Assembly (NCBI GenBank): GCA_044870765.1
Contig: JBIOZG010000043.1
Location: forward strand, 40,080-104,079
DNA: 64,000 nt
Reading direction: 5' to 3'
Origin: Nitrososphaeraceae archaeon
GTDB taxonomy: Archaea > Thermoproteota > Nitrososphaeria > Nitrososphaerales > Nitrososphaeraceae
Shown: positions 20,658 through 30,055 of the stretch, piece after piece
Position numbering within the stretch: the first letter of the stretch is position 1
Layout of the letters: every line of letters starts with the position of its first letter
Made by a program: the position numbers and the translations under genes
Notes under the pieces: generated by a model
The model's input: only the letters and a program-made list of their open reading frames with translations
Database searches by the model: none
Told to the model about the DNA's origin: nothing

Positions 20658-20893
20658 GTGACGGGAGCAACCAATATTGGTTCAATCTCCTTTACCCTTC
20701 GTGCCCTTAACTTCGCCTTATATTTCAGGTTTCTTGGCTTTGTTCTCAGTCTGTATCCACAGCATGGGCACCATAATCCATCCCACTTTATGAAAATTTC
20801 GCATATCTGGCATCTTTTTTGACCGCTAACATACCTTCCTGAACCGACGGGCTTTTGGGCTTTGTGTCGTATACATATTCCTTTACAAGTCAT
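20654..20893 (-). CDS. Small Cys-rich zinc-ribbon protein
   Basis: CKGIC..KRCQICEIFIKWDGLWCPCCGYRLR, a family common in thaumarchaea. Confidence 0.82.
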   Translation of the reverse strand: MTCKGICIRHKAQKPVGSGRYVSGQKRCQICEIFIKWDGLWCPCCGYRLRTKPRNLKYKAKLRARRVKEIEPILVAPVT

Positions 20894-21029
20894 CTTCCTT
20901 CCATATATAAAAAACGCCTCAACTATATAAATATGAACATTAATTTTACAATATTTTGAAAAATGGTAATTTATTTTACTGATTTTTTACATGTTTTAGA
21001 GAAAGAAAATAAAAAAAATAAGTCTTTTT

Positions 21030-21284
21030 TTAACTGACGTTTATAGATTTTGTCTGAAAGGCTTCATTCATTGTAAGATATTCATCTAATCTCATCTTGA
21101 TGTCGTCTGGTTGAGTATCATCCATACCTGAAAATCCAGCGTTAAATGAAATCTTGTTTCCAGACACCGACACATTATCAATTTCCATGTCTGCATAGAT
21201 ATTGGCCAACTCATCTACCCATGCCTTTCCTTCATCTTGGTTTATTCCGCTAGCATCTATTGTTACTTTATACATCTTTGTCAT
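21030..21284 (-). CDS. Conserved small acidic protein
   Basis: Clean 84-aa ORF followed by a T-rich terminator on its strand. Confidence 0.72.
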   Translation of the reverse strand: MTKMYKVTIDASGINQDEGKAWVDELANIYADMEIDNVSVSGNKISFNAGFSGMDDTQPDDIKMRLDEYLTMNEAFQTKSINVS

Positions 21285-21406
21285 TCAAATACACCTAAAC
21301 AAAAGTTGGATTGGATATTAATAAAGTTGACGCATTCTTTTTGGAAGCTTTGGATATGGATTTAAACCTTAATCGTCAATTAGTTATTCCAAACTGATTT
21401 TGTGGG

Positions 21407-21568
21407 CTAAGCTTCTTCAATTCCCCAGTATTTTATCAATTCCTTTTCGAACTTTGAGAATTGCTCATTGTTTAAGGGGTCTCCGCAGTTTTTGTGAGAT
21501 GGAACAACTTTCATTCCATATAGCTTAAAATCAACTTCATAGAAATGAACGCCGGGACAATCACACAT
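21407..21568 (-). CDS. Small conserved protein, 53 aa (missing from the ORF track)
   Basis: Translates MCDCPGVHFYEVDFKLYGMKVVPSHKNCGDPLNNEQFSKFEKELIKYWGIEEA; CxC plus HxxC possible metal site; fills the intergenic gap. Confidence 0.7.
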   Translation of the reverse strand: MCDCPGVHFYEVDFKLYGMKVVPSHKNCGDPLNNEQFSKFEKELIKYWGIEEA

Positions 21569-21695
21569 TTGCTATTTTTGATTTGCGCATCTCTTATTAG
21601 TTTATCTAAATTATTAGACGGCTACAAAGTTACCAGCTTGATGAGGATGCACGATGCTAAAAGTTTATGAGTGCGAATCCCAATTTAACAAAACT

Positions 21696-22757
21696 ATGGG
21701 CAACTTTCAATTGTCATTAGGCAAACCAATTATTGTGTTTGTGTTATTTTCAAGCCTTTTACTAATTTCGCAATCCAGTATGAACAAGGGATTTGCACAG
21801 GCAGGAAATTTATGGTACGTCGGTGATGGAGCAAAAAATGATATGTATGTAACATACAGAGTGCAAGAACAGGATACAAATGCTGGCCGTCCGTTTGATA
21901 TGACGATTTACTTTAAGGAATTTAATGAGACTGGTAAATATTGGGTGGCTCCAACGTTTATTGTGGACCAGGGACGCGTAATTAACGGAACTCTCCACCT
22001 AAGTGATCTTGATTTAACTGCATTGGGAACTTCTCAAATCCCTCCAGAAATGGCAAAGTACAGGAGCGGTTATTCAAGTTCATTAAAATGGCTATCAGCA
22101 TTTGTATCAAAGCCCGGTCAATCACTAACTGCACAGAATTGGGGCAAAATAGCATCAATTGGTGGCTCACCAATTACTCCGGCAGGCAAAGCTACTATTA
22201 CCACACCTGCAGGAACTTTTGATACCACCACAATTGTATTTCACAAGGGAGTTGATAATACAATTTGGATTAAGGACGGATTTCCTTATCCCATAAAGGC
22301 TCAAACTTTTGCAGATACTACCACGGGCAATCCTCCAACCCAGTATGCGTTTGAATTGCTCGCAACAGGACAAGGACAACCAAAGCAGCCTGAAAGCAAA
22401 GAAGAGATTCCAGTACCACCACTTGAGCAGAGGACAGAGCGTGGGAGCTATGTTATTAAGCTAATATGGGAACCTGTTACGATAAAGGCCGGTAATAATA
22501 CGAAATTTGGAATTATATTCATGGATGACAAGAAAAACGTGATAACCGAAGTTGGATATAATTTTGCCGTTGTAGATGCTAAAGGACAACTAATTTACGG
22601 AAAAGATAACCAACTTGCACCCGATGGAACTGCGGTACAAAATGTCATCTTCCAGGCACCAGGAGAAGTTACTGTAAAGGTACTGATAACAACTGCCGGA
22701 TCAGGTGCACCAAGCACTTTCGTTGAATCAGGTCAGTTTGGCTTGGTTGTCCAGTAA
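21696..22757 (+). CDS. Secreted/surface hypothetical protein
   Basis: Signal peptide; ITTPAGTFDT and IW...FPYPIKA beta-rich domain plus Ig-like C-terminus. Confidence 0.75.
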   Translation: MGNFQLSLGKPIIVFVLFSSLLLISQSSMNKGFAQAGNLWYVGDGAKNDMYVTYRVQEQDTNAGRPFDMTIYFKEFNETGKYWVAPTFIVDQGRVINGTLHLSDLDLTALGTSQIPPEMAKYRSGYSSSLKWLSAFVSKPGQSLTAQNWGKIASIGGSPITPAGKATITTPAGTFDTTTIVFHKGVDNTIWIKDGFPYPIKAQTFADTTTGNPPTQYAFELLATGQGQPKQPESKEEIPVPPLEQRTERGSYVIKLIWEPVTIKAGNNTKFGIIFMDDKKNVITEVGYNFAVVDAKGQLIYGKDNQLAPDGTAVQNVIFQAPGEVTVKVLITTAGSGAPSTFVESGQFGLVVQ

Positions 22758-22814
22758 TCTTTTTTTCATTTTTATTTTTATTTTCAAGTCTTTTTTACAG
22801 TAGCGATAAAAGAG

Positions 22815-23522
22815 ATGAGTCCGAAAAGAATAATCTTTGTAGCTACAGGAATCTTTGCAGGAATTGGAATTTTAGTAAGCATAGTCATAATTGCAATTAA
22901 CGGAGGGTTTTCGGGTGAGGGTCCTTCTATACTCAATCCCCCAACATCAAAAGACCTGTGGACACTGGGTAGTAACATAGCAGATGGAATGAATTTGACA
23001 TATTCGCTAACAAGCAATACTGGAGACGATAAGGCAAATCTCATAGATTCTATAGTGTCCATGAGATTTCATAACATGGGGGATAAATGGAACATTGATT
23101 TTAAAATACAAAACGGAAGTAACAATAACAACAATGCCAGCGAAATTCACGCAAATATTTCCAAAAATCAACTCTTGATGACGGATCCTATTACTGAAAA
23201 AGATAACAAGTTTCTTCAACCTCTTGAAGCCTCAGTACTGGCAATTCGCGACATTGCCAGAGAGCCAAAGTATCTCGTAGTTGGAGCCGTTTGGGACAAG
23301 ATATTTACAGGTTCCAATACAATAGATGCAAAAATACAAAGTAAAGATACTATCTCTACTCCTGCTGGTATGTATGATGTTTTTTCACTGCAATACAAGG
23401 TGGGAAATTCATCGAGCACTATTTACATCAATAAGGATTTGCCCCTTCCCATAAAGGCGCAAGTATATGGCGAAAATGGCAACCTTTTGTACGATTACGA
23501 ATTGCAAAGCATATCAAGATGA
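22815..23522 (+). CDS. Membrane-anchored hypothetical protein (paralogous domain to the upstream gene)
   Basis: N-terminal TM; ISTPAGMYD and LPLPIKA motifs shared with the 21696 protein. Confidence 0.75.
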   Translation: MSPKRIIFVATGIFAGIGILVSIVIIAINGGFSGEGPSILNPPTSKDLWTLGSNIADGMNLTYSLTSNTGDDKANLIDSIVSMRFHNMGDKWNIDFKIQNGSNNNNNASEIHANISKNQLLMTDPITEKDNKFLQPLEASVLAIRDIAREPKYLVVGAVWDKIFTGSNTIDAKIQSKDTISTPAGMYDVFSLQYKVGNSSSTIYINKDLPLPIKAQVYGENGNLLYDYELQSISR

Positions 23523-23588
23523 ATCTAAATTGAATTTCAATCAATGTCAGATAACAATTTATTATGCTAGCGTAGTGACCATTACCAA

Positions 23589-24392
23589 ATGATTGAAACG
23601 CTAAAAACTGCATGTCTGGAGGTTAGAAAAACTGTCAAAGGCCTAGTTGGAACACCTGAAGGTAACACTAAAATGGGTCAGGGAGCTGGAGGAGATATTT
23701 CAAGAAAAATAGACATAGTAGCTGAACAAAAAGTTATAGAGACTATAAGAAAGTCTGGTACAAATCCCACAATAATTGGTGAAGAATGTGGTACCATTCC
23801 AGGTAACGATCAGGGATACATAATTATGGATGCAATTGATGGAACAACTAACGTTACCAGATCCATTCCATTTAATTGCTGCTCTCTAGCCTATGCCACT
23901 GATTTAAAGCTGAGCTCTGTAATAGACGCAGCCATAATAGATATTACTACAGGAGATCTCTATTATGCGTCAAAAGGTAAGGGTGCGTTTTTGAATGGCA
24001 ATAACATGACAGTTAGAAAATCTGACAAAATAAAGCAAGATGAAATCATTGCTGGTATTAACATATCTGGAGTTTCCCAGGAATTATTACATTCAATTGG
24101 TCCATTTATTTCAAAACTAAATCACATCAGGGTCTTTGGCGCAAATGCGCTGGAGCTATGTTTTCTTGCCAGGGGATACCTGGACCTGTTTATGGATTTT
24201 AGGGCTAAAATTAGACCTACTGATATGGCCGCTGCCTTTCTAATAGTTAAGGAAGCAGGCGGACTTGTACTTGATAAATCCGGTAATACACTTGATTCTG
24301 ACATATCGTCAGGTAATAGATTTTCGTTTATTGCACTGTCTGACCATAAAATTTACAATATGCTTGCGCAAGATCTCAGTCTGTTCAAATAA
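23589..24392 (+). CDS. suhB: Inositol monophosphatase / fructose-1,6-bisphosphatase family
   Basis: GEE, DAIDGTTN, R.FGANALELC and D.AAA..IV.EAGG motifs. Confidence 0.9.
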   Translation: MIETLKTACLEVRKTVKGLVGTPEGNTKMGQGAGGDISRKIDIVAEQKVIETIRKSGTNPTIIGEECGTIPGNDQGYIIMDAIDGTTNVTRSIPFNCCSLAYATDLKLSSVIDAAIIDITTGDLYYASKGKGAFLNGNNMTVRKSDKIKQDEIIAGINISGVSQELLHSIGPFISKLNHIRVFGANALELCFLARGYLDLFMDFRAKIRPTDMAAAFLIVKEAGGLVLDKSGNTLDSDISSGNRFSFIALSDHKIYNMLAQDLSLFK

Positions 24393-24400
24393 AAAAGAGG

Positions 24401-24506
24401 CGCCCGGACCGGGATTCGAACCCGGGTCGAAGGAGTGACAGTCCCCCATACTAGACCGGACTTTATGCTTCAATATTTTACTATTGAAACTCTATACTAT
24501 CCGGGC
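24401..24506 (-). tRNA. tRNA-Asp(GUC) with a 31-nt D-loop intron (position 15/16; intron 24461-24491)
   Basis: Removing the intron gives a 75-nt cloverleaf GCCCGGATAGTATAG/TCCGGTCTAGTATGGGGGACTGTCACTCC...GGTTCGAATCCCGGTCCGGGCG. Confidence 0.93.
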
Positions 24507-24641
24507 GCATTGAAAAATTTCCTACTCTACAATTAATATGTTTTCTTGAAGGGTTATCTATGTAATCATCATTTTCGAAAAGTTGACATCCCGATATGGC
24601 TAAACATTAAATATACTACGGTACACGCTATTCAGAAATAT

Positions 24642-24738
24642 GGGCCCGTAGCTCAGCCAGGTAGAGTACCGGACTTTTAGCATTTCGGAAGAAAAGGAAG
24701 AAATCCGGCTGTCTCGGGTTCGAATCCCGACGGGCCCG
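24642..24738 (+). tRNA. tRNA-Lys(UUU) with a 23-nt intron at canonical 37/38 (24680-24702)
   Basis: GGGCCCGTAGCTCAGCCAGGTAGAG-TA-CCGGA-CTTTTA/A-TCCGG...GGTTCGAATCCCGACGGGCCCG. Confidence 0.95.
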
Positions 24739-24753
24739 TACTTTAATGCCGCC

Positions 24754-25260
24754 CTAATGACCAACTAGTTGTTTTCTGTGGCAATACAGAACTAGGAGTC
24801 TTTCGCATTCCAGTTTATAATATTCAAGCATTCTATTTGATGCGATTACCTGATTTCTCAAATCTATCAATTGAGTATTTGATCTGATTCTTTTTGATTC
24901 AAGCTGATTTATTTCATCAATAAGTTTGATCTGCCTATCTTCCAGTGGCATGCATTTCAGATCTTGGAACTTTTCATAGTATTCAATAGCTCTTTCTGCT
25001 GGAATATCCAATTCTATTGATACTTCTAGAGGTCGCTTATTCTTATCGTATAGAGCATACGCCCTAGACTCTTTACTCTTATTAACCAATTGGCTTTCAG
25101 AATCTTCTGTATCACCGGATTCTGACTTAATGATACTGCTCAGCGTTGAGGGTGAAAGGTGCACTTCTTTACAAATTTCTCTATATGTATGGCCGTTGTG
25201 GTACATGTGTAGAGCCAATTCTCTTTTCTCTGCCGGAGTTTCAGCAAATGGGTTTACCAT
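24754..25260 (-). CDS. Helix-turn-helix / coiled-coil protein
   Basis: GHTYREICKEVHLSPSTLSSII HTH, a second HTH-like segment (PLEVSIELDI) and a C-terminal coiled coil; first gene of the island. Confidence 0.75.
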   Translation of the reverse strand: MVNPFAETPAEKRELALHMYHNGHTYREICKEVHLSPSTLSSIIKSESGDTEDSESQLVNKSKESRAYALYDKNKRPLEVSIELDIPAERAIEYYEKFQDLKCMPLEDRQIKLIDEINQLESKRIRSNTQLIDLRNQVIASNRMLEYYKLECERLLVLYCHRKQLVGH

Positions 25261-25316
25261 GACTTATTTATATCTAAACGCCGTATTATTTTTCTATTTA
25301 TGTTACTGTTGCTACA

Positions 25317-25332
25317 TAGCTACATGTAGCTA
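25317..25332. promoter_or_regulatory. Perfect 16-bp palindrome, candidate operator
   Basis: TAGCTACATGTAGCTA, 57 bp upstream of the HTH gene start. Confidence 0.5.
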
Positions 25333-25426
25333 AAGTCTGTTACTTAGTGCTATAAGTTGAGTTTGAAAATAGTTTAATTTGTAAGTCTAATTAATTTTGT
25401 TTTAAATCCAAAAATTTCCTGGAATA

Positions 25427-25756
25427 TTATGAACCTACGCATCCAGCAGCAAACTTACTGGTCAGGAATCTATCATCGTCGCAGTCAAATGTGATACTCC
25501 CGTCATTTGCAAGACATGGCAGTTTTACATTCACAACTGAAACATCGCATGGTGGATATTTTGCTTGTTCCTCTGGAGGCGGTAGTGGTAATGGTAATCC
25601 CTTTTTCACGCTTGGACTCTGTCTCAACTTGCCTTTTTCAAGACATCCGTATGGATACTTTTCAATATGGAATTCTGGATCGTCACATGTAAAATAGGGT
25701 CCCTGAGGGCCACTACATGACGATTTGGATTGACATTGTCGATCATGCCAACTTAA
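25427..25756 (-). pseudogene. 5'-truncated Cys-rich repeat protein fragment
   Basis: The frame extends upstream of the called TTG with no start codon and shows two similar units, FTCDDPEF..YPYGC and FDCDDDRF..FAAGC. Confidence 0.45.
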
Positions 25757-25787
25757 CTATGTAAATATTGTTTGAATTCAAAACCGA

Positions 25788-26333
25788 CTAGGAATATGAC
25801 TTTATATCCAAAATTATTTTTGCCTTATCATTTAGTGGGATATTACGAAAGTCCGATACCGGCTTGCCATCCACTGAAGCTATAACATTTTCACCATCGA
25901 TATTGAGGCCTTTCCAAATGGCCAAAAATTCACTCAAAGTGTAGTTTCTTACTGCGTTGGATTCTATGTGAATCGTCCCGCTATAATCATGTGTGTGCAA
26001 TGGTGACATTCCTTGCATACCAAATTTATCTAAAGTATGGTCCGCAAACAACAATGGATCCGCAAATATTCCTGTCTGCGTTATTCCAATATTAGCAGGA
26101 ACGATTATTGGTTTTCCATTAATAGTGACATTTAGACTTACGTGATTATGAATCAACATGTTGTTGGGGGCAGCCGAACTTTCCACAACAGTTGAAAAGC
26201 CGAAAACGACTACAGCTATCAACGCAATAGTTACCTGAATCAAACCCAAAATGACTTTTTTTCTTACTGTGCAGCTTGCGATTAAGTAATGATTGTCGCT
26301 GGTTCGATTATCACTCAGTATTTTTGAATACAA
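25788..26333 (-). CDS. Secreted/membrane hypothetical protein, His-containing
   Basis: TM segment; HNH, IVPANIGI and PLHTHDYSGTIHIES motifs. Confidence 0.75.
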   Translation of the reverse strand: MYSKILSDNRTSDNHYLIASCTVRKKVILGLIQVTIALIAVVVFGFSTVVESSAAPNNMLIHNHVSLNVTINGKPIIVPANIGITQTGIFADPLLFADHTLDKFGMQGMSPLHTHDYSGTIHIESNAVRNYTLSEFLAIWKGLNIDGENVIASVDGKPVSDFRNIPLNDKAKIILDIKSYS

Positions 26334-26448
26334 TCTAATTTCTCATATTATAACCGCCGTTTTTAATCCTTATTGCATTTGGAAGTAGAGGCTATGAAGA
26401 ATTAAATGTCAGATATCAATAACATGGCTCGTCTTCGAGACGATTGAA

Positions 26449-27162
26449 ATGAAAATAATAACTCTTGCCGTATTGTGTCTGGTCTTAGTTTTAGGCTCAA
26501 GTCTCAGTGTTTCGAATTCAAACTCGGTAGTATTTGCCTTTCATTTTGGAACTACCAGGATATATTCGGACGTTTATACAGGCGCAGGGAATAGCAGCGC
26601 ACCGATAAATGAATTTGATCCTGAAAACAGGGAGATTTATACCGGTGAAACTGTTAAGTGGTCAAATCCAACGGCAGGGAAACCATATCCACATATTGTT
26701 ACCTTCATAGGTAATCAAAGTACTGAATTAAAATCAAAAATATCAAACATAACTATGACATTCCAGTCATCCAATTTGGAGTCTTTAATTAGCAATTTGA
26801 ATAAATCAATATCCAAAGACGATAAACAAACCGGTAATGCTAGTCAGACTTTCAATGGAGGGTCGATTATTTTTCCGTCCTTGGTAAATTCTTCGAACCT
26901 GTCTGTAACCTATCTGAATGCTAGTGGAAATCAGCTTTTTAAAGGTGCTGAATACAACTTTACGGGAAATGAAACCTATCTTAATTCAGGACTAATTTGG
27001 GCTGGCGGTGTGATACCGAACGGGTTTCTGAAAATAAATTCGTTTATAGTCACTTTTATGAATCCCGGAACCTATCATTACCAATGCTTGATATACCCAG
27101 AGATGAAAGGCATGATAACAGTTAAACCGAATCCAGGAATGTTAGGTATTAATATAAAATAA
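26449..27162 (+). CDS. Cupredoxin/plastocyanin-like secreted protein
   Basis: F.P....I..GETVKW.N....PH.VTF and PGTYHYQCLIYPEMKG.I.V; the second His ligand is replaced by Tyr. Confidence 0.8.
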   Translation: MKIITLAVLCLVLVLGSSLSVSNSNSVVFAFHFGTTRIYSDVYTGAGNSSAPINEFDPENREIYTGETVKWSNPTAGKPYPHIVTFIGNQSTELKSKISNITMTFQSSNLESLISNLNKSISKDDKQTGNASQTFNGGSIIFPSLVNSSNLSVTYLNASGNQLFKGAEYNFTGNETYLNSGLIWAGGVIPNGFLKINSFIVTFMNPGTYHYQCLIYPEMKGMITVKPNPGMLGINIK

Positions 27163-27300
27163 TTTTCTTATTTTAATTCAGCGGACCAATATTAACTAAA
27201 TTTTCGTCTTAGTAGTAATGCAACTATCGAAGTTCCAATAAATGGAGCAGGCCATAAAGTCCCAGTGATAACGCTATAACATTGAATACGAGGTCAAACA

Positions 27301-27356
27301 AAAAGCTAAATACAAACCAGTAGAACCCGGGTACATGCAAGGTTTGAATCCCGAGG
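27301..27356 (+). repeat. att-like site A1
   Basis: aaaagctaaatac..agtagaacccgggtacatgcaaggtttgaatcccgag; 3' part matches the tRNA-Lys T-arm GGTTCGAATCCCGA. Confidence 0.85.
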
Positions 27357-27437
27357 CATTCCACCCGTAACAGTTCATTAATATTTTATCTATAGTTACA
27401 TAGTTAGAACCAACGATTAGAAAAGTATTATCCCATT

Positions 27438-27574
27438 TTAGGACATGCCTGTAGGCGATTTCCTATCTTGACTATGTTCAACGGACACGTGATAGCTCAA
27501 CATCTCTGGAGTCTCAAAATTCTTGCACATCTTTCGCATCTGAGTTTCTTTGGCTTTACTTCTGCAGTTGACAT
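27438..27574 (-). pseudogene. Frameshifted small C2H2 zinc-finger gene
   Basis: MSTAEVKPKKLRCERC, then after a frame shift KNFETPEMLSYHVSVEHSQDRKSPTGMS*; 137 nt, not a multiple of 3. Confidence 0.6.
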
Positions 27575-27594
27575 CTTAAATCAATAATCCATTC

Positions 27595-29256
27595 CTAAAC
27601 CGTCATTGTATGGTATCCTGTGGCACCATTGGGGAAAGGGGGGTTCATCTCAGTGGTTTGAATCTTTCCTGTTTTGTCGGTTGCTCGAACTACAATGGCA
27701 TAATTTTCTTTATCCGGCGGTACATATCCGGCTGTCCACAGTACCCAAGTATACTGCGAGAGAGGATCCTTTACTTTTGCTGTTTTCCAGGTAGTCCCTC
27801 CATCAGTGCTAACCTCAATCTTTGCTATTCCCCTGTCTCCTGCAAATGCTATCCCTGCAATTGGAACTCTACTCTCGTAGGAGGAAGCTGCAGTTTCATC
27901 TAGCTTTCTGAATCTTTGTCTTGCCGGCGCCTGACCGGGAATTAAAATGGATGAACCAGTTTTGTCCTCAGCGTTATTAGCCCATCCTAGCCGCTGCCAA
28001 TAGCCCTCATAAACCTTATCTACTAATTCAATTTCTGTTATCCACTTTGGATTCATCATTCCGTATAGGCCTGGTACTATTGCCCTAACGGGGAATCCAT
28101 GTTTAGGCGTAAGTGGAGTATAATTCATATCATATGCAAGTATAGTCCCTTCCATTTGGGATCTCTCTATAGGTATTCCTACATCATAACCGTCGGCGCA
28201 TCTAAACACGACATATTTTACGTTTGGCTTAATTGCAGCCTTATCAAGCAGATAGCTTAAACGTACACCCTTCCAAAGAGCGGTGCTTATTAGTTCGCCA
28301 CCTACCTTGTTGCTTATGCATTCTAATGTTACATATTCCTCTACTGAAGGCATTGCCTTGATCTGGTCATAGTTAATGCTCAATGGTTTTTCGACTAGCC
28401 CCTTTATCGTAAGATTCCAAGACTTTGAATCGACTTGAGGAACTATTGGATTGATATCAATCCTGTAAAATAAATATGTTGGAGTAACTTCAGAAGCAAG
28501 AAGTGGTACTAGATTTGGATCTTCAAAGCCCTTAGGTCGAGGTCCGGTCTGTGGTAACAGTGGGGTAGTCGATTCTTGTTCTTGTTCCTCATTTTGTCTG
28601 GAAAGAAGTCTATCGACGCCAAGAAAAATTATCGGTAATGCTATTGCTGCGCCTGCTAATAGGCGAAGAAATGCTCTTCTACTATATTTTATGTCAATAG
28701 TGTCAATTGATTTATCTGGACTAGCATTAGGCTCAGGCTCAGGTACCTCCATAGATTTTTCCTTTGTTCTACCATGAAAGAATGACGAAAACGTAAATCC
28801 AAAGGCAAGCTGGGATGGAATAAGGGATAGCACTATAAGGGATATTGGCACGACCTGTATACCACTTCGTGATTGAATTAGCGTAACCAGCATTATTGCT
28901 ATAATTATGAAAATTATATATGACAAGGAAGAGGACAGTAAAGCCTCCAGCAGATATCCCCCACTTTTCAATCTAGAAAATAGCTTATCTAGTAAAATCG
29001 CTATAATTCCAAATGCTATTATATTTGCAATAATTGAACCAATGAACGCCGAATATTTAGCAAGAGGTCCGAAATTTTCAACTGCCTGAGATTCAAATTC
29101 TCCAGGTGTTACTGAAAACAATGCCTGAGACGCAACTTCTGGTAGAAACAATCCACCACTCGTTTCTTTTAGTATTATTGACACTGCAACAGCCACCGTT
29201 CCTGCCGCCAAGCCTGCAACAAAAGGAACAAGGAATCTGCGTGAATTTCTTGCCAC
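27595..29256 (-). CDS. Sulfite oxidase family molybdopterin oxidoreductase with N-terminal membrane domain
   Basis: TLECISN (Mo-ligating Cys), HGFPVR.IVPGLYG...KW, dimerisation domain IEVSTDGG.TW; internal SRRAFL twin-Arg-like motif. Confidence 0.9.
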   Translation of the reverse strand: MARNSRRFLVPFVAGLAAGTVAVAVSIILKETSGGLFLPEVASQALFSVTPGEFESQAVENFGPLAKYSAFIGSIIANIIAFGIIAILLDKLFSRLKSGGYLLEALLSSSLSYIIFIIIAIMLVTLIQSRSGIQVVPISLIVLSLIPSQLAFGFTFSSFFHGRTKEKSMEVPEPEPNASPDKSIDTIDIKYSRRAFLRLLAGAAIALPIIFLGVDRLLSRQNEEQEQESTTPLLPQTGPRPKGFEDPNLVPLLASEVTPTYLFYRIDINPIVPQVDSKSWNLTIKGLVEKPLSINYDQIKAMPSVEEYVTLECISNKVGGELISTALWKGVRLSYLLDKAAIKPNVKYVVFRCADGYDVGIPIERSQMEGTILAYDMNYTPLTPKHGFPVRAIVPGLYGMMNPKWITEIELVDKVYEGYWQRLGWANNAEDKTGSSILIPGQAPARQRFRKLDETAASSYESRVPIAGIAFAGDRGIAKIEVSTDGGTTWKTAKVKDPLSQYTWVLWTAGYVPPDKENYAIVVRATDKTGKIQTTEMNPPFPNGATGYHTMTV

Positions 29257-29395
29257 GTATTTTGATCGAATTTTAACGATTTAAGGTTTCTTTCGATTCA
29301 GTGTACTCTGAACTATTGCCTGATTAGTAGGAAGCTCCGCAGTTACAAGTGCCTATTTGGTTTATTGCTCTAGCTATCTAATCTACACTTCACAA

Positions 29396-29770
29396 TTATG
29401 ATGAATCATTTTGAGCCTTCGATATAGTAGTCGACATATTCGGTTCCATACTCTTCATCATGCCCATCATGTCTTTTTCGTGCATCTTAATTCCTAGATC
29501 CGTCATATTTAGCTGCATAATTGCGCCCTTGACGTCTCCTTCATTTAGGTCCATGATCGCCTCCATTAAATGCATTTTAGCATTATCCAGTGACGATCCA
29601 AAAGTCATATTGCCACCTGGCATCATCATTGTCTGATTATTGACAGCAGACATGTTTTCTTTTTCGTTTACAGATAGGTCTTGACTGAAGATGACTTTTG
29701 ATGTTACTGCTATCAGAACAGTAACACCTATGGCAATCACCAATACGCTAATACTCATTTGGTTTGACAT
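29396..29770 (-). CDS. Met-rich secreted hypothetical protein
   Basis: Signal peptide followed by a strongly Met-enriched helical domain. Confidence 0.7.
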   Translation of the reverse strand: MSNQMSISVLVIAIGVTVLIAVTSKVIFSQDLSVNEKENMSAVNNQTMMMPGGNMTFGSSLDNAKMHLMEAIMDLNEGDVKGAIMQLNMTDLGIKMHEKDMMGMMKSMEPNMSTTISKAQNDSS

Positions 29771-30055
29771 TGCTAAAAGTAGTAATTATGTCCAAAACAT
29801 ATTATATAAAGAGTATCCAAATGCGTAACGAGACATTGAAATGTACCAGAAATACTTTTGCCGATATTAATGCCGATATTCCCTGCGTCAGGACATTCTC
29901 TTGCTCTACCATCCAAAAATTTTTTTATTAATAGTAAACCTATCTTGAATCCTACCGGAAAAAATCAAGCTATGGAATATAATATCTAATCTTGGAATAA
30001 ATCGACAAATTGTTAGTGGTACTCTCTTAAATACTAAATAAGTCATACAATAGGA

